A stretch of DNA of 64,000 nucleotides, taken from an uncultured Actinomycetes bacterium. GTDB taxonomy: Bacteria; Actinomycetota; Thermoleophilia; RBG-16-64-13. Made by a program: the position numbers and the translations under genes. Shown here one piece after another: positions 29,592 through 40,275 of the stretch (its first letter is position 1; each line of letters starts with the position of its first letter). The notes below the pieces were generated by a model. The model was not told where the DNA came from, searched no databases, and was given only the letters and a program-made list of their open reading frames with translations. The DNA is taken from NCBI GenBank assembly GCA_963714175.1, contig CAVQNN010000003.1:961643-1025642 (forward strand), given 5' to 3'.

Positions 29592-29657
29592 GCCGCCACG
29601 GCGCGGGCCCGCCGGCCGCCGCGCGGGCACCCGCGGCGCGCTATAGTTGACGGCGCC

Positions 29658-30500
29658 ATGGCAGGCTTCTGGGAGACCAACGAAAAGCACTTCGTCGACG
29701 CCGGGGTGTCGGTCCTGGTGTTGGTGGCCGCCTGGCTGCTCTACTGGCTGCTGCGGTACGGGATCAACCGCTTCTCGCGTCGTCACAACCTGGGTGAAGC
29801 CGACCCCGGCGCCGAGACTCGCCTGCGCATGATCCAGCGGCTGTCGACGGTGGCGCTGTTCTTCGTCGCGATCGGCCTGGTCTTCTGGATCATGGACGTG
29901 TCCGCTCTCAAGCGGGTGGCCGTGGGGATGTTCGCCTCGGCCGGAGTGGTCGGGATCGCGCTGGGTTTCGCCGCCCAGACCACCATGGCCAATCTGGTGT
30001 CGGGGATCATCATCGCCTTCGCGCAGCCCATCCGGCTCGGCGACAACGTCAAGATCGACGGCGAGTACGGCGCGGTGGAGTCCATCGGCCTCTTCTACAC
30101 CTACATCCGCACCTGGGACAACCGGCGCCTGGTCATCCCCAACAAGCTCCTGTCCGACCAGACCATCCGCAACTACACCATCGGTCGATCCGCGCATGCC
30201 GGCTCTGGTGGTCCTGCGGCTGGACTACGGCGCCGACGTGGAGGCGGTGCGGGCTGCTCTGCTCGCGGAGGCCCGGGCGCATCCGCCTGTTCTTGGCCGA
30301 TCCTGAGCCTTCGGTGCAGGTGGTCGACGCCGACGAGATGGGCGTCTCGGTGCGACTGATGGCCTGGGCGCCCACGCAGGCCGACGCCTGGACGCTGGCC
30401 GCGGACGTGCGCGAGAGCGTGGTGCGGAAGCTGGCGGCATCCGCCGTGCCGGTGGGAGTGCGCTGGAGCCGGATCGTCTCCGAACCCAGACCCCGTGAGG
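29658..30500 (+). CDS. mscS: Small-conductance mechanosensitive channel (frameshifted, end approximate)
   Basis: SAGVVGIALGFAAQ..NLVSG, PIRLGD, GAVESI, IPNK. Confidence 0.88.
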
Positions 30501-30564
30501 CGGCCGACCCCGTCAGACCGGCCGGCCGGCAGGCCGAGCCCGTGCGGCGCGTGCCGCTCGGCGA

Positions 30565-31915
30565 ATGCGCCCGCGGAAGATCTGGGGCCTCGACCGCAAT
30601 GTCTTCTGGGCCGGGGTCTCATCCTTCTTCATGGACATCAGCTCCGAGATGGTCTACTCGCTGGTGCCCATCTTCTTGTCGTCGGTCCTGGGGATCAACA
30701 AGTCGCTGATCGGGCTGATCGAGGGGATCGCCGAGACCACGGCCAGCATGCTCAAGATGTTCTCGGGATGGTTGAGCGACAAGCTGGGCCGGCGCAAACC
30801 GCTCATGCTCTTTGGCTACAGCATCTCCACACTCAGCCGCCCCCTGCTGGCCCTGGCCCGGGGCTGGGGGATGGTGCTGGGGTCACGGTTCGTCGACCGC
30901 TTCGGCAAGGGGGTGCGCACCGCGCCGCGGGACGCCATCGTGGCCGACTCTTGCGACAAGAAGGAACTGGGGCGTTCGTTCGGTTTTCACCGGGCCATGG
31001 ATCAGTTCGGGGCGGTGATAGGTCCGGCGATCGCCTTCCTGGTGCTGGCGCTGCGCCCGGAGGACTACCGCACGGTGTTCTGGATCTCGCTGATCCCCGG
31101 GCTTCATCTGCGTGGCCGTCATCGCGTTCTTCATACATGATCGGAGGCGGCGGGCGGCGGATACCGCCGTTTGCACGGCGCCGGCCGAGGCTGCGTCTCC
31201 CGACTCCGGCCCGGCTGCCGAGGCCGGCGACCTGGGCGGACCCGGCCTGGAAGGGCACCTCGGCCGGGCGACGCGCCCCGGCAGGGCGGGGCGCCTGCGC
31301 GGCCCGCTGCTGGCCTATCTGTTCGTGACCGGGATCTTCGCGCTGGGCAACTCGTCCGACGTCTTTCTCATCCTGCGGGCGCAGGACCTGGAGGTGGCGA
31401 CGGTCATGATCCCGGTGCTCTATCTGATGTTCAACCTGGTCTACTCGGCCCTGTCGATCCCCGCGGGCCTGCTCGCCGACCGCATCGGCAGACGGAGGGT
31501 GGCGCTCCTGGGCTTCGCCGTGTTCGCGGGGACATATGCGTGGATGGCGCTGGCCGGCGCGCAGGGTGCCGCCTGGGGAGTCTTCGCGCTGTACGGCATC
31601 TACATGGCCATCGCCGACGGCAACGGGCGGGCGCTCCTGGCCGAGTTCTCCTCGAGCGGGAGGCACGGAACGGCCTTCGGCGCCTATCACATGGTGGTGG
31701 GGCTCGCGGCGCTGCCGGCGAGCGTCATCGCTGGTCTGCTGTACGATCACGTCTCGGCCTCGGCGCCCTTCTGGCTGGGGGCGGCTGCCGCCGGTTTGGC
31801 GGGGGTCCTGATGCTGGCGCTCGTGCCGGAGCCGCGGAGGGCCGTCAAGAAGTGCACGGTCGACTCAGCGCTGCGAGGCTCGGAGACGATGACGCGCAGA
31901 CAGCGCAGGGCGTAA
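30565..31915 (+). CDS. MFS transporter (frameshift ~31105)
   Basis: DISSEM, GWLSDKLGRRK, DRFGKGVRTAPRDA, GLLADRIGRRR, many TM helices. Confidence 0.9.
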
Positions 31916-31985
31916 TCGCGCTATCACGCGCGGCGCCGATTGCGCCGCTCAGTGCGTTCGCGGCCGGCTTCGCTCTTCAGCAGCC

Positions 31986-32717
31986 TCAGCCCAACTGCGC
32001 GAGGATGGCCGGGATCTCGCGATGGTCGCGGATGACGAAGTCGGCCTCCGGAGGCTCCTCATCATCCGATCGCGCCCGCGCAGCGGATGGTCGACCATGC
32101 CCAGCGCCTTCGCCCCGGCGATGTCGGTGCGGGGCGTGTCCCCGACGTGCACGGCTTGCGCTGGGTCGGCCCCCAGTTCGGCCAGAGTGCTCTCGAACAT
32201 CCTCCGGTCGGGCTTGGGGTAGCCGGTCTCGTCGGAGAAGGTGAGCGCCGTGAAGCAGTCCAGCAGCCCGTCCTTCTCGAGGAAGCTCCTCAAGATCCGT
32301 CCCGTGGTCAGGCTGGTGTCGGAGATGATCCCGAGCCGGTAGCCCGCGGCGGCGAGGGCGGGGATGGTCTCGCGCACACCCGGGAGGAGCTCGAGATCGG
32401 CCAGAAGCGAGGCGTTCTCGATCTCGAGGATGGTCGCGGATATCGCATCCTCGTTCGAGCGCGGTGGCTTCGACATCGAAGCGGTCGAGGAAGTGCAGTA
32501 CATGCTCGCGGGAACCGAAATGCCTACCGTCCATCCAAGCGGCTACGAAGGCTTCGATGCTGGAGCGGTGCGCCTCCAGCATCTCCTCCTCCGAGGGATG
32601 AGCTCCGGCTGAAGCCAGCAGCTGTCGCATGGCGTGCGCCCTTCGGGGCCGGACCTCGTCGTAGGCGGAGTCTGCCGAGTAGAGCGTGTTCCAGAGGTCG
32701 AAGGTCAGCGCGGTCAC
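31986..32717 (-). CDS. HAD-family hydrolase (frameshifted)
   Basis: TFDLWNTL, GIISDT, PKPD, HVGDTPRTDIAGA. Confidence 0.85.
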   Translation of the reverse strand: MTALTFDLWNTLYSADSAYDEVRPRRAHAMRQLLASAGAHPSEEEMLEAHRSSIEAFVAAWMDGRHFGSREHVLHFLDRFDVEATALERGCDIRDHPRDRERLASGRSRAPPGCARDHPRPRRRGLPARDHLRHQPDHGTDLEELPREGRAAGLLHGAHLLRRDRLPQARPEDVREHSGRTGGRPSASRARRGHAPHRHRRGEGAGHGRPSAARARSDDEEPPEADFVIRDHREIPAILAQLG

Positions 32718-32958
32718 CCGGGTGGGTCGCCGCCCGCCGCCGGGGAGCTTCCCGGTCTCGCACGACGCGCTATGCCCGGGTGCAACGGGCCCCCGGTGGA
32801 AGGCGTCGGCTTGAGAAATTGCAGGGCTATGTTGGTCAACCCGGAAATAGTAAGGGTCAGTGAAGAGGTCGCGGCTCCTCGCACGACGGGTCTCCCACCC
32901 GCGGCCGGGGCGGACCGGAACAAGTCCGGGGTGGCACATGTTGGTATCCTTCCTCTCC

Positions 32959-34194
32959 ATGAAAACCAAATCCTTGAAATCTATGGCGCTCTGCGCCCTT
33001 GGCTTTGCCGTCGTTCTGGCCGGTCTTCTGCTGGCCCCTGGGACCGCGCGCGCGCAGGCAGCCGGGTTCAGCGACGTCCCTGCCTCGCATCCCTACCATG
33101 TTCAGATCGAGACGCTGGCGCAGCTTGGGATTATAGACGGCTACTCGGACGGGACCTTCCTGCCCAACGAGAAGGTCACGCGGCAGCAGTTCGCCAAGAT
33201 GGTGATCCTGGCCATGCGCATCAGCGTCAGCGAAGAGGACGAGTGCACCTTCACCGACGTCAAGAAGAGTTCTGATGTGACTCTGTACCCCGACAACTAC
33301 GTGGCCGCGGCGGCGCGCGAGAAGATCGTCACCGGCTACTCGGGCTCCATCTTCAAACCCGACGCCGACATCACGCTGGCGCAACTGGTGACCATGGGCA
33401 CCCGCGCCTGCGAGAGGCCGCTCTACGTTCCTCCGGATTCATACAAGTCGGCCTGGGGCAAATTCGACACGACTCATTACTTCATCGCCTGGGTGGCCCA
33501 GTACAACGGGCTGCTGAGGGGAATGGCGCCTTCCGGGACGACTCTCCAGTCGATGAAGCCCCTCAACACCGCCACCAGGGGGCAGGCGGCGGCGCTCCTG
33601 TTCAACATCATGGGCACCGACCTGGCCGGGCTCAACGGCCGTTTCCTCGGCGATTCCACCGACCTGGTGGCCTACTTCCGCGCCCAGACCAAAGGAAACG
33701 ACGGCAAGTTCACCGTTCCCTTGGAGACCCTGGCCAAGATGTACGTCATCTACGGCGCCCGGTTCGGCATACGTGCCGACATGGCCTGGGCTCAGATGAT
33801 CCACGAGACGGGCTACGGGCAGTACGGCGGGGATGTGCTTCCCGAGCAGAACAACATGGCAGGCATCGGGGCTACGGGTGGCATTCCCGGCAACTCCTTC
33901 GCCACGGCTGAGTTGGGCGTGATCGCCCAGTACGTGCATCTGGCCTGGTATCTCTACCCCGATCACATGAGCGATCCCTACTGCGTGCTGGTGGAGCAGC
34001 CCGCCGACGGTCCGATCACCATCCAGGGCGATCCACGGCACTTCACGTCAGACGGGAGCGTTCACAAGGGCAACGTGCGCACTGTCTACGACCTGAGCGC
34101 CAAATGGGCGGTCGGTCCGAACTACGGATCGGCGATCAAGGGCATCGTGGACGACATGATCGCGGATGGCTACATCACCTGCGGACTTTGGTAG
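32959..34194 (+). CDS. Secreted SLH-domain protein with C-terminal glucosaminidase (GH73-like) domain
   Basis: Signal peptide; FSDVP..GIIDGYSDGTFLPNEKVTRQQ SLH repeats; AQMIHETG..QNNMAGIGA, KWA. Confidence 0.85.
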   Translation: MKTKSLKSMALCALGFAVVLAGLLLAPGTARAQAAGFSDVPASHPYHVQIETLAQLGIIDGYSDGTFLPNEKVTRQQFAKMVILAMRISVSEEDECTFTDVKKSSDVTLYPDNYVAAAAREKIVTGYSGSIFKPDADITLAQLVTMGTRACERPLYVPPDSYKSAWGKFDTTHYFIAWVAQYNGLLRGMAPSGTTLQSMKPLNTATRGQAAALLFNIMGTDLAGLNGRFLGDSTDLVAYFRAQTKGNDGKFTVPLETLAKMYVIYGARFGIRADMAWAQMIHETGYGQYGGDVLPEQNNMAGIGATGGIPGNSFATAELGVIAQYVHLAWYLYPDHMSDPYCVLVEQPADGPITIQGDPRHFTSDGSVHKGNVRTVYDLSAKWAVGPNYGSAIKGIVDDMIADGYITCGLW

Positions 34195-34240
34195 CGTGTT
34201 GCTAGACAGTGTTTGTGGATAGGAAAGGATCTCAGGAACG

Positions 34241-34618
34241 ATGAAGGATGTGGCGATTCTGCCCGAGCATCTGCGCGAGGCCGCGTTGGCCGCGGGACCG
34301 GACTTCGGCTGGCCGGTGGATCTAGCCTCGGAGGTCATCCAGGCCCTGGCTGACGCGGGCGCCGTGGTCATCGGGGTGGAGGCTTGGAGCGTGGATTCCG
34401 AAGGGGTCCCGGCCTCGGTGGGGTGGTCGTCGTATGACCTGGACGACTATCAGAGCGACTGGGACGCCTCGATCGAGGCCGCGAGGTTGGTGGCTGAAGA
34501 AGTGCTCGCCGGCGTTCTTGAAACCGCGGTCGAGGACGAAGTCAACTACATCGGCATCGACTGGGATTCCTCAAGACCGTCGGGCCTGGCTGGTACCTCT
34601 GAGGGACCCTCTATCTAG
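34241..34618 (+). CDS. Small acidic hypothetical protein (weak Imm40-like pattern)
   Basis: Intact ORF with RBS; WPVDLASEVIQAL..VIGVEAW pattern. Confidence 0.5.
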   Translation: MKDVAILPEHLREAALAAGPDFGWPVDLASEVIQALADAGAVVIGVEAWSVDSEGVPASVGWSSYDLDDYQSDWDASIEAARLVAEEVLAGVLETAVEDEVNYIGIDWDSSRPSGLAGTSEGPSI

Positions 34619-34644
34619 AGGCCTCGTCGATCGCGAGCGCGCCG

Positions 34645-35196
34645 TCAGTTGTCGATCATGTTCTTCAGATCCACGTAGGGGCTGAGCCCGCTCAGAGCGC
34701 GCTCCTCCAGGGCCAGTGCCTCTTCCCACATGCGAAAGGCGAGTTCGATGTCGCGCTCGCTCTCACCCTCGATCCCGGTGATCATCCTGTCGAGGGCGGT
34801 CAGTTCTCCGTTGAACGAGGTGCAGAACTGAGAATGCGCATCGGCGACCTCAGCGGGAGCGCTGATTTCGCGTAGGGCCGCCAGCGCGGTGCGCAGGTAG
34901 GCGGCGAACTCCCGGGCCCTTTCGATCTCCGCCCTCGTCGGCCGGAGAGGATCCACGAAGACCAGCTTCTCGCTCTGGGTCTCGGCGGGGACCATGTAGG
35001 TCTGCACCCAGCCGGTGATCGCCTCCTTGTATTCCTGCACCGCGCGGACCGTTTCGGCGGCCTCCGCGTTGGCACTGGCGGTGGTCTCAGTCGAACTCGG
35101 AGGAGCCGCGACGGTCTGGCCACCACAGGCCGCGGCGGCCAGTGCCACGATGCACATGATGGCAAGAAGAACGATGGACACGCCCCGTCGTGACAT
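34645..35196 (-). CDS. Hypothetical lipoprotein
   Basis: Basic N-terminus, hydrophobic core, lipobox AAAC-GG. Confidence 0.7.
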   Translation of the reverse strand: MSRRGVSIVLLAIMCIVALAAAACGGQTVAAPPSSTETTASANAEAAETVRAVQEYKEAITGWVQTYMVPAETQSEKLVFVDPLRPTRAEIERAREFAAYLRTALAALREISAPAEVADAHSQFCTSFNGELTALDRMITGIEGESERDIELAFRMWEEALALEERALSGLSPYVDLKNMIDN

Positions 35197-35314
35197 GAGA
35201 AGCCCCCAGACTCCGAGATCCCACAAGAAGTGTAGCTCGCAGACACTATCGGGAGCGCGTCGGCAACGCTTGAGCCAGGCTTCCATAGTGGCGTCGGGCT
35301 CGGATCGTGCGCGG

Positions 35315-36001
35315 CTACCCTCGGGTCGCCCGCCCGTCGCCCTCGATGGGTATGGCCGGGCCGAGGTAGGTGGGCTCGGGGTGGGTGATGTGGAGTTGGA
35401 GGATGGCCTTGACTCGAGCCAGTTTCTCGCGCGCCGCGTTCTTGGACTCATTGGCGTAGGGCTGGATGTCGGCCGCCACGCCGGTGGCCTCCAGGCCGAG
35501 TGCTCGGGCCGTGTAGACCGCGCGGGCCAGGTGGAACTCCTGGGTGACGATCAGGGCTGTCGTCACCTGGAACACATCGCGGGCGCGGTACATGGTGTCG
35601 TAGGTGTCGAAGCCGGCGTGGTCGGTGAAGACATCCTCGTCGGGGACACCGCGCTCGAGCACGTACCTGAGCATGACGTTGACCTCGTCGTACTCGGTCT
35701 GGCCGTGGTCTCCCGAAAGAAGCAGCTTGTCCACCTTGCCCAACTCGTAGAGCCTGACGCCGGTCTCGAGGCGATCGGCGAGCATGGGGGCGGGGGTGCC
35801 GTCTCCGTATACCCTGGCTCCCAGGACGATGGCGCATTGGGCGTGAGGCGCGTCTTCGAGGGACGGCGAGACGAAGTCGTCATCGGACTGCGTGATGATC
35901 AGGTTCGGTATCAGAAGCGTCAGACCGGCCAGCACCACGACGACACCCGCCGTGGCCAGGGACCAGAGGACCACCCGCCTCTTGCGACTACGCTCTCCCA
36001 T
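35315..36001 (-). CDS. sanA: SanA/ElyC/YdcF (DUF218) family protein
   Basis: IVLGA, LADRL, LLSGD, DHAGFDTYDT, IVTQEFHLARA, RE. Confidence 0.85.
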   Translation of the reverse strand: MGERSRKRRVVLWSLATAGVVVVLAGLTLLIPNLIITQSDDDFVSPSLEDAPHAQCAIVLGARVYGDGTPAPMLADRLETGVRLYELGKVDKLLLSGDHGQTEYDEVNVMLRYVLERGVPDEDVFTDHAGFDTYDTMYRARDVFQVTTALIVTQEFHLARAVYTARALGLEATGVAADIQPYANESKNAAREKLARVKAILQLHITHPEPTYLGPAIPIEGDGRATRG

Positions 36002-36025
36002 TGGGGCAGGGTACCACTGGCCCAA

Positions 36026-36077
36026 TGGCTGCTGAAAGGGGACGTCTCGTGGCCGGGATTTCGTCTTCAGCAGCCTC
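36026..36077. mobile_element. Second copy of the GGCTGCTGAA-ended MITE-like element
   Basis: ggctgctgaa (36027-36036)...ttcagcagcc (36066-36075). Internal AAGGGGACGT matches the reverse strand of the 9520 element (AAGGGACGT). Confidence 0.55.
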
Positions 36078-36248
36078 AAGGGGGGCATGAGCTCGCCTTC
36101 AAGCCGGCACGTGGCCGAGGATGACCCGAAACGCCTGGTTGTCCATCGTGCGCCTGTAGAATAAAATGCTTGACTCGCGGGGGGCCGTTTCGCCCGCATC
36201 AGCGGGCGCTCGAATCGCATCAAGCTTGAACGAACGGGGGTATGTGGC

Positions 36249-37526
36249 ATGGCTATGACCATGACCGAGAAGATCCTGGCACGAGCTGCCGGCAAGGAGT
36301 CGGTCGCTCCAGGCGATCTCATCATGGCGAAGCTCGACCTGTGTCTCGGCAACGACGTCACCTCCGGGGTGGCCATCGACGAGTTCGAGAAGGCCGGGTT
36401 CGATCGCGTGTTCGATCCTGAGAAGATCGTGCTCATCCCCGACCACTTCACGCCCAACAAAGACATCAAGACCGCGGGCCTGGTCATGCAGATGCGCGAG
36501 TTCGCCAAGAAGCACGGTCTCGTGCACTGGTACGACGTGGGCCGCGTCGGCGTGGAGCATGCCTTCCTGCCCGAGCAGGGCTTGGTCGGTCCCGGTGACG
36601 TGGTCCTGGGCGCCGACTCTCACACCTGCACCTACGGCGCGCTGGGAGCCTTCGCGACCGGGGTCGGCTCCACCGACCTGGCCGGCGCCATGGCGATGGG
36701 TGAGGCCTGGTTCCGCGTACCCGAGACCCACCGCTTCGACTTCGAAGGAACGTTGACCCGCTACGTGACGGGCAAAGACCTCGTGCTCTACGCCATCGGT
36801 CAGATCGGGGTGGACGGGGCTCTCTACAAGGCCATGGAGTTCACGGGCTCGGCCATCCGTGGTCTCTCCATGGATTCGCGCTTCACCATCTGCAATATGG
36901 CCATCGAGGCCGGGGGCAAGAGCGGCATCATCGCTCCCGACGACATCACCAAGGCCTACGTCGAGGGCCGGTTCCGCCGCAAGCCCGTCTACTACACCTC
37001 CGACGCCGACGCTGTCTACGAGAAGACGTATTCCTGGAAGGCCGAGGACGTGCCGCTCATGGTGGCCAAGCCGCATCTGCCTTCAAACACACAGCCGGCC
37101 GAGGAGCTGAACAGCATCAAGATCGACCAGGTGGTCATCGGTAGCTGCACCAACGGTCGCATGGAGGACCTGCGCCAGGCGGCGGAGATCCTGCGCGGAC
37201 GCAAGGTCAACAAAGACATCCGTTGCATCGTCATCCCGGCGACCCAGGCCATCTGGAAGCAGGCCATGGACGAGGGTCTGTTCGACGTGTTCATCGAGGC
37301 CGAGGCGGCCGTGTCGGCGCCCACCTGCGGACCCTGTCTGGGCGGCCACATGGGCGTCCTGGCTGAGGGCGAGAGGGCCGTGTCGACCACCAACCGCAAC
37401 TTCGTGGGCCGCATGGGCCATCCGGGCTCCGAGGTCTACCTGGCCGGCCCGTATGTGGCGGCAGCCAGCGCGGTGGCCGGCTACATCGCCACCCCTGACC
37501 AGATCGGTGGAAGGAGGCAGCCATGA
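36249..37526 (+). CDS. leuC: 3-isopropylmalate dehydratase large subunit
   Basis: MTEKILA, PDH, GADSHTCT, IGSCTNGR, TCGPCLG, STTNRNF. Confidence 0.95.
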   Translation: MAMTMTEKILARAAGKESVAPGDLIMAKLDLCLGNDVTSGVAIDEFEKAGFDRVFDPEKIVLIPDHFTPNKDIKTAGLVMQMREFAKKHGLVHWYDVGRVGVEHAFLPEQGLVGPGDVVLGADSHTCTYGALGAFATGVGSTDLAGAMAMGEAWFRVPETHRFDFEGTLTRYVTGKDLVLYAIGQIGVDGALYKAMEFTGSAIRGLSMDSRFTICNMAIEAGGKSGIIAPDDITKAYVEGRFRRKPVYYTSDADAVYEKTYSWKAEDVPLMVAKPHLPSNTQPAEELNSIKIDQVVIGSCTNGRMEDLRQAAEILRGRKVNKDIRCIVIPATQAIWKQAMDEGLFDVFIEAEAAVSAPTCGPCLGGHMGVLAEGERAVSTTNRNFVGRMGHPGSEVYLAGPYVAAASAVAGYIATPDQIGGRRQP

Positions 37527-38020
37527 CGGCGCTGCGCGGACGCGCCTGGACCTTCGGTCGCGACGTCGACACCGACCTCATCATCCCGGCCAGGTACCTG
37601 AACATGAAGACGGCCGCAGAGCTGGCAGCACATGTGATGGAAGACGCCGACCCCACCTTCTCCAGCAAGGTCAAGCCGGGCGACATCATCGTGGCCAGAG
37701 AGAACTTCGGCTGCGGCTCTTCTCGCGAGCATGCCCCCATCGCCATCAAGGGCGCAGGGGTGTCACTCGTGATCGCCAAGAGCTTCGCCCGCATCTTCTA
37801 CCGTAACGCCTTCAACACCGGACTGCCGATCCTGGTCGCGCCTGAGGCGGTGGACGGCATCAAGGAAGGCGACGAACTGACGGTCGATCTCGCCTCCGGC
37901 GAGATCGCCGACCTGACCTCCGGCGTGAACTACCAGGCCCAGCCACTCCCGCCCTTCATGCGCGAACTAGTGGACGCGGGGGGCCTGCTCCCCTATCTGA
38001 AGAGCCGCGCGAAAGGATGA
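37523..38020 (+). CDS. leuD: 3-isopropylmalate dehydratase small subunit
   Basis: VDTDLIIPARYL, NFGCGSSREHA, SFARIFYRN. Confidence 0.95.
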   Translation: MTALRGRAWTFGRDVDTDLIIPARYLNMKTAAELAAHVMEDADPTFSSKVKPGDIIVARENFGCGSSREHAPIAIKGAGVSLVIAKSFARIFYRNAFNTGLPILVAPEAVDGIKEGDELTVDLASGEIADLTSGVNYQAQPLPPFMRELVDAGGLLPYLKSRAKG

Positions 38021-39105
38021 GCATGGAATACAAGATCGCCGTCATGCCCGGCGACGGCACGGGCCCCGAGGTCGTGGCCGAGGGACTCAAGGTCCTCAAG
38101 GCGGCGGCCGCGCGCCAGGGCTTCACCTACAGCACCACTCACTACGATTTCGGCGGCGAGCGCTACATGCGCACGGGCGAGACCCTGCCCGACTCGGCCA
38201 TCGAGGAGTTCAAGCAGCACGACGCCATCTTCCTGGGGGCCATGGGGCATCCCGACGTGGCTCCGGGCATCCTGGAGCAGGGCGTTCTGCTGAAGGCGCG
38301 GTTCGCGCTGGATCAGTACATCAACCTTCGGCCGGTACGCCTCATCCCCGGGGTCGAGACTCCCATCAAGGGCAAGGGGCCCAAGGAGATCGACTACTGC
38401 TGTGTCCGCGAGAACAGCGGCGGGATGTACACGGGCATGGGCGGCAACTCCCGGCCGGGCACCAAGGACGAGGTGGCCATCCAGGAGATGGTCTACACCT
38501 ACGACCAGGTGGCCCGCTGCCTCCGCTTCGCCTTCGACTACGCCCGCAAGTACGGCAAGAAGTCCCGCGGACTCGGCCCGAACAACACCCTGGCCCTCAT
38601 CGGCAAGTCCAACGTGCTCACGCACATGTACAAGCTGTGGAACCGCGTCTTCGCCGAGATCGGCGACGAGGAGTACCCGGACATCAAACGTGAGTACTAC
38701 CACGTGGACGCCACCTGTCTCTACATGGTGGCCAGCCCGGAGATGTTCGACGTCATGGTGGTCGAGAACATGTTCGGCGACATCGTCACCGATCTGGGCG
38801 CCATCACTCAGGGCGGCCTGGGCGTGGCCGCGGGTGGCAACATCAACCCCGAGGGCGTCAGCATGTTCGAGCCCATCGGCGGAACGGCTCCCATGTGGAC
38901 CGGCAAGAATGCCATCAACCCTCTGGCGGCCATCGGCGCTGTGCAGATGATGCTGCAGCACCTTGGCGAGACCGAGGCCGCTGCTCTCATAGACAAGGGC
39001 ATAGAGCACGCGGTCAGCAAGATGAAGTCCATGGTCGCCAATGAGATGGGCATGGGCACCGACGCCGTCGGCGATCTGGTGGCGGAGTACGTAGCCAAGG
39101 CGTAG
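38017..39105 (+). CDS. leuB: 3-isopropylmalate dehydrogenase
   Basis: GDGTGPEV, NLRP, RENS, KSNV, NMFGDIVTD, MFEP; in operon with leuCD. Confidence 0.88.
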   Translation: MSMEYKIAVMPGDGTGPEVVAEGLKVLKAAAARQGFTYSTTHYDFGGERYMRTGETLPDSAIEEFKQHDAIFLGAMGHPDVAPGILEQGVLLKARFALDQYINLRPVRLIPGVETPIKGKGPKEIDYCCVRENSGGMYTGMGGNSRPGTKDEVAIQEMVYTYDQVARCLRFAFDYARKYGKKSRGLGPNNTLALIGKSNVLTHMYKLWNRVFAEIGDEEYPDIKREYYHVDATCLYMVASPEMFDVMVVENMFGDIVTDLGAITQGGLGVAAGGNINPEGVSMFEPIGGTAPMWTGKNAINPLAAIGAVQMMLQHLGETEAAALIDKGIEHAVSKMKSMVANEMGMGTDAVGDLVAEYVAKA

Positions 39106-39155
39106 CGGCTACCGGGGGCCTCCGCCGCGGCGGCGCGTTCCAATGTCAGGCACCA

Positions 39156-39200
39156 ACTGGGCGCCGCCATTCCTTCGGGAATGGCGGCGCCCAGTCTTTC
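39156..39200 (+). terminator. Intrinsic terminator after leuB
   Basis: 18-bp perfect stem actgggcgccgccattcc / ggaatggcggcgcccagt with cUUCGg loop, followed by ctttc. Confidence 0.8.
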
Positions 39201-39279
39201 CAGCGAGACACTTCCGGCCGAGACGTTCTGGGTGGTATTAGTGAGTGTGCGGTCAGGGTGAACAACGAGGAGGCTCGGT

Positions 39280-39759
39280 ATGTCGAACGATGAGGCCGAA
39301 CTGGCGCAGAAGGGACCGTTTCACGACCTCGAAGCACATGCGGCGTCGCTTCTGCGCCGCCGCGCCAGCCGCAACCTCAACGTCCTCGAGGCTGAGGAAC
39401 GGCGATCGGTGGGTCAACGGATGGCCGACACCTTCGCCAGGGGCGCGGGTAGTTGGCGCTTCATCATCGGGTTCTTCATCATCCTTGTGGCCTGGATGGC
39501 GATGAACGCGATTGCTGGACTGCGACATTGGGATCCGTACCCTTTCATCCTGCTGAATCTCGTGCTGTCGTGCGTGGCCGCGATCCAGGCTCCAGTGATC
39601 CTCATGAGCCAGAACAGGGAGGAGGCTCGGGATAGAATCAGAGCCGAAGCCGACTATGAGGTCAACCTGAAGGCGGAGGTTCTTCTCGAGCATCTGACCA
39701 AGGAGGTGGAGACTCTGAAAGCAATGCTGGCGGAGAGCCAGGGCCGACCTGGTGTCTAA
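39280..39759 (+). CDS. DUF1003 membrane protein
   Basis: GSWRFI, WDPYPFILLNLVLSCVAAIQAPVILMSQNR. Confidence 0.92.
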   Translation: MSNDEAELAQKGPFHDLEAHAASLLRRRASRNLNVLEAEERRSVGQRMADTFARGAGSWRFIIGFFIILVAWMAMNAIAGLRHWDPYPFILLNLVLSCVAAIQAPVILMSQNREEARDRIRAEADYEVNLKAEVLLEHLTKEVETLKAMLAESQGRPGV

Positions 39760-39834
39760 ACACCTGAAGGCAGGGGTATGCTGACAGGGTATCGAATAGT
39801 GCTGCGAAAGCGGTCACAAAGGGAGGGAGGCCAC

Positions 39835-40269
39835 ATGGGATTCATCGTCGTTGGGGTGGATGGGTCTGAGGGCGCGACACTCGCCCTGGAGTACGCCATC
39901 AAGGAGGCTGCTCTGCGCGGCGCCAAGCTCAGACTGGTCAGCGCCTGGGAGATCCCGGCCTCGGTGCTTGCCAGTGTGGTGGCCGGCAAGGAGTTCTACG
40001 AGGAATTCCGCGACAATGCCGTGCAGGTGGCTCGCGACGCGGCGGCGCTGGTGGACGAGCGCGATCCGTCGGTAGAGCACGAGGAGATGGTGGTCGAGGG
40101 ACAGGCGGCGAAGGTCCTCTTGGAGAACTCGGCCGACGCGGACTTGATGGTGGTCGGCCGGCGCGGTCGGGGGACATTCCGGGACATGATGCTCGGATCG
40201 ATCAGCCGGCATGTAGTCGCGCACGCCAAGGTCCCCTTGGTGATCATCCCCTCGCCCATGCCTAAGTAG
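39835..40269 (+). CDS. Universal stress protein
   Basis: IVVGVDGS, ADLMVVGRRG..LGSIS. Confidence 0.92.
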   Translation: MGFIVVGVDGSEGATLALEYAIKEAALRGAKLRLVSAWEIPASVLASVVAGKEFYEEFRDNAVQVARDAAALVDERDPSVEHEEMVVEGQAAKVLLENSADADLMVVGRRGRGTFRDMMLGSISRHVVAHAKVPLVIIPSPMPK

Positions 40270-40275
40270 GGCACG

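Noticed and set aside
36121-36159. Short ORF MTRNAWLSIVRL as a leuC leader peptide
   Set aside because: No Leu run and no attenuator structure; its stop overlaps a likely -10 box (TAGAAT).
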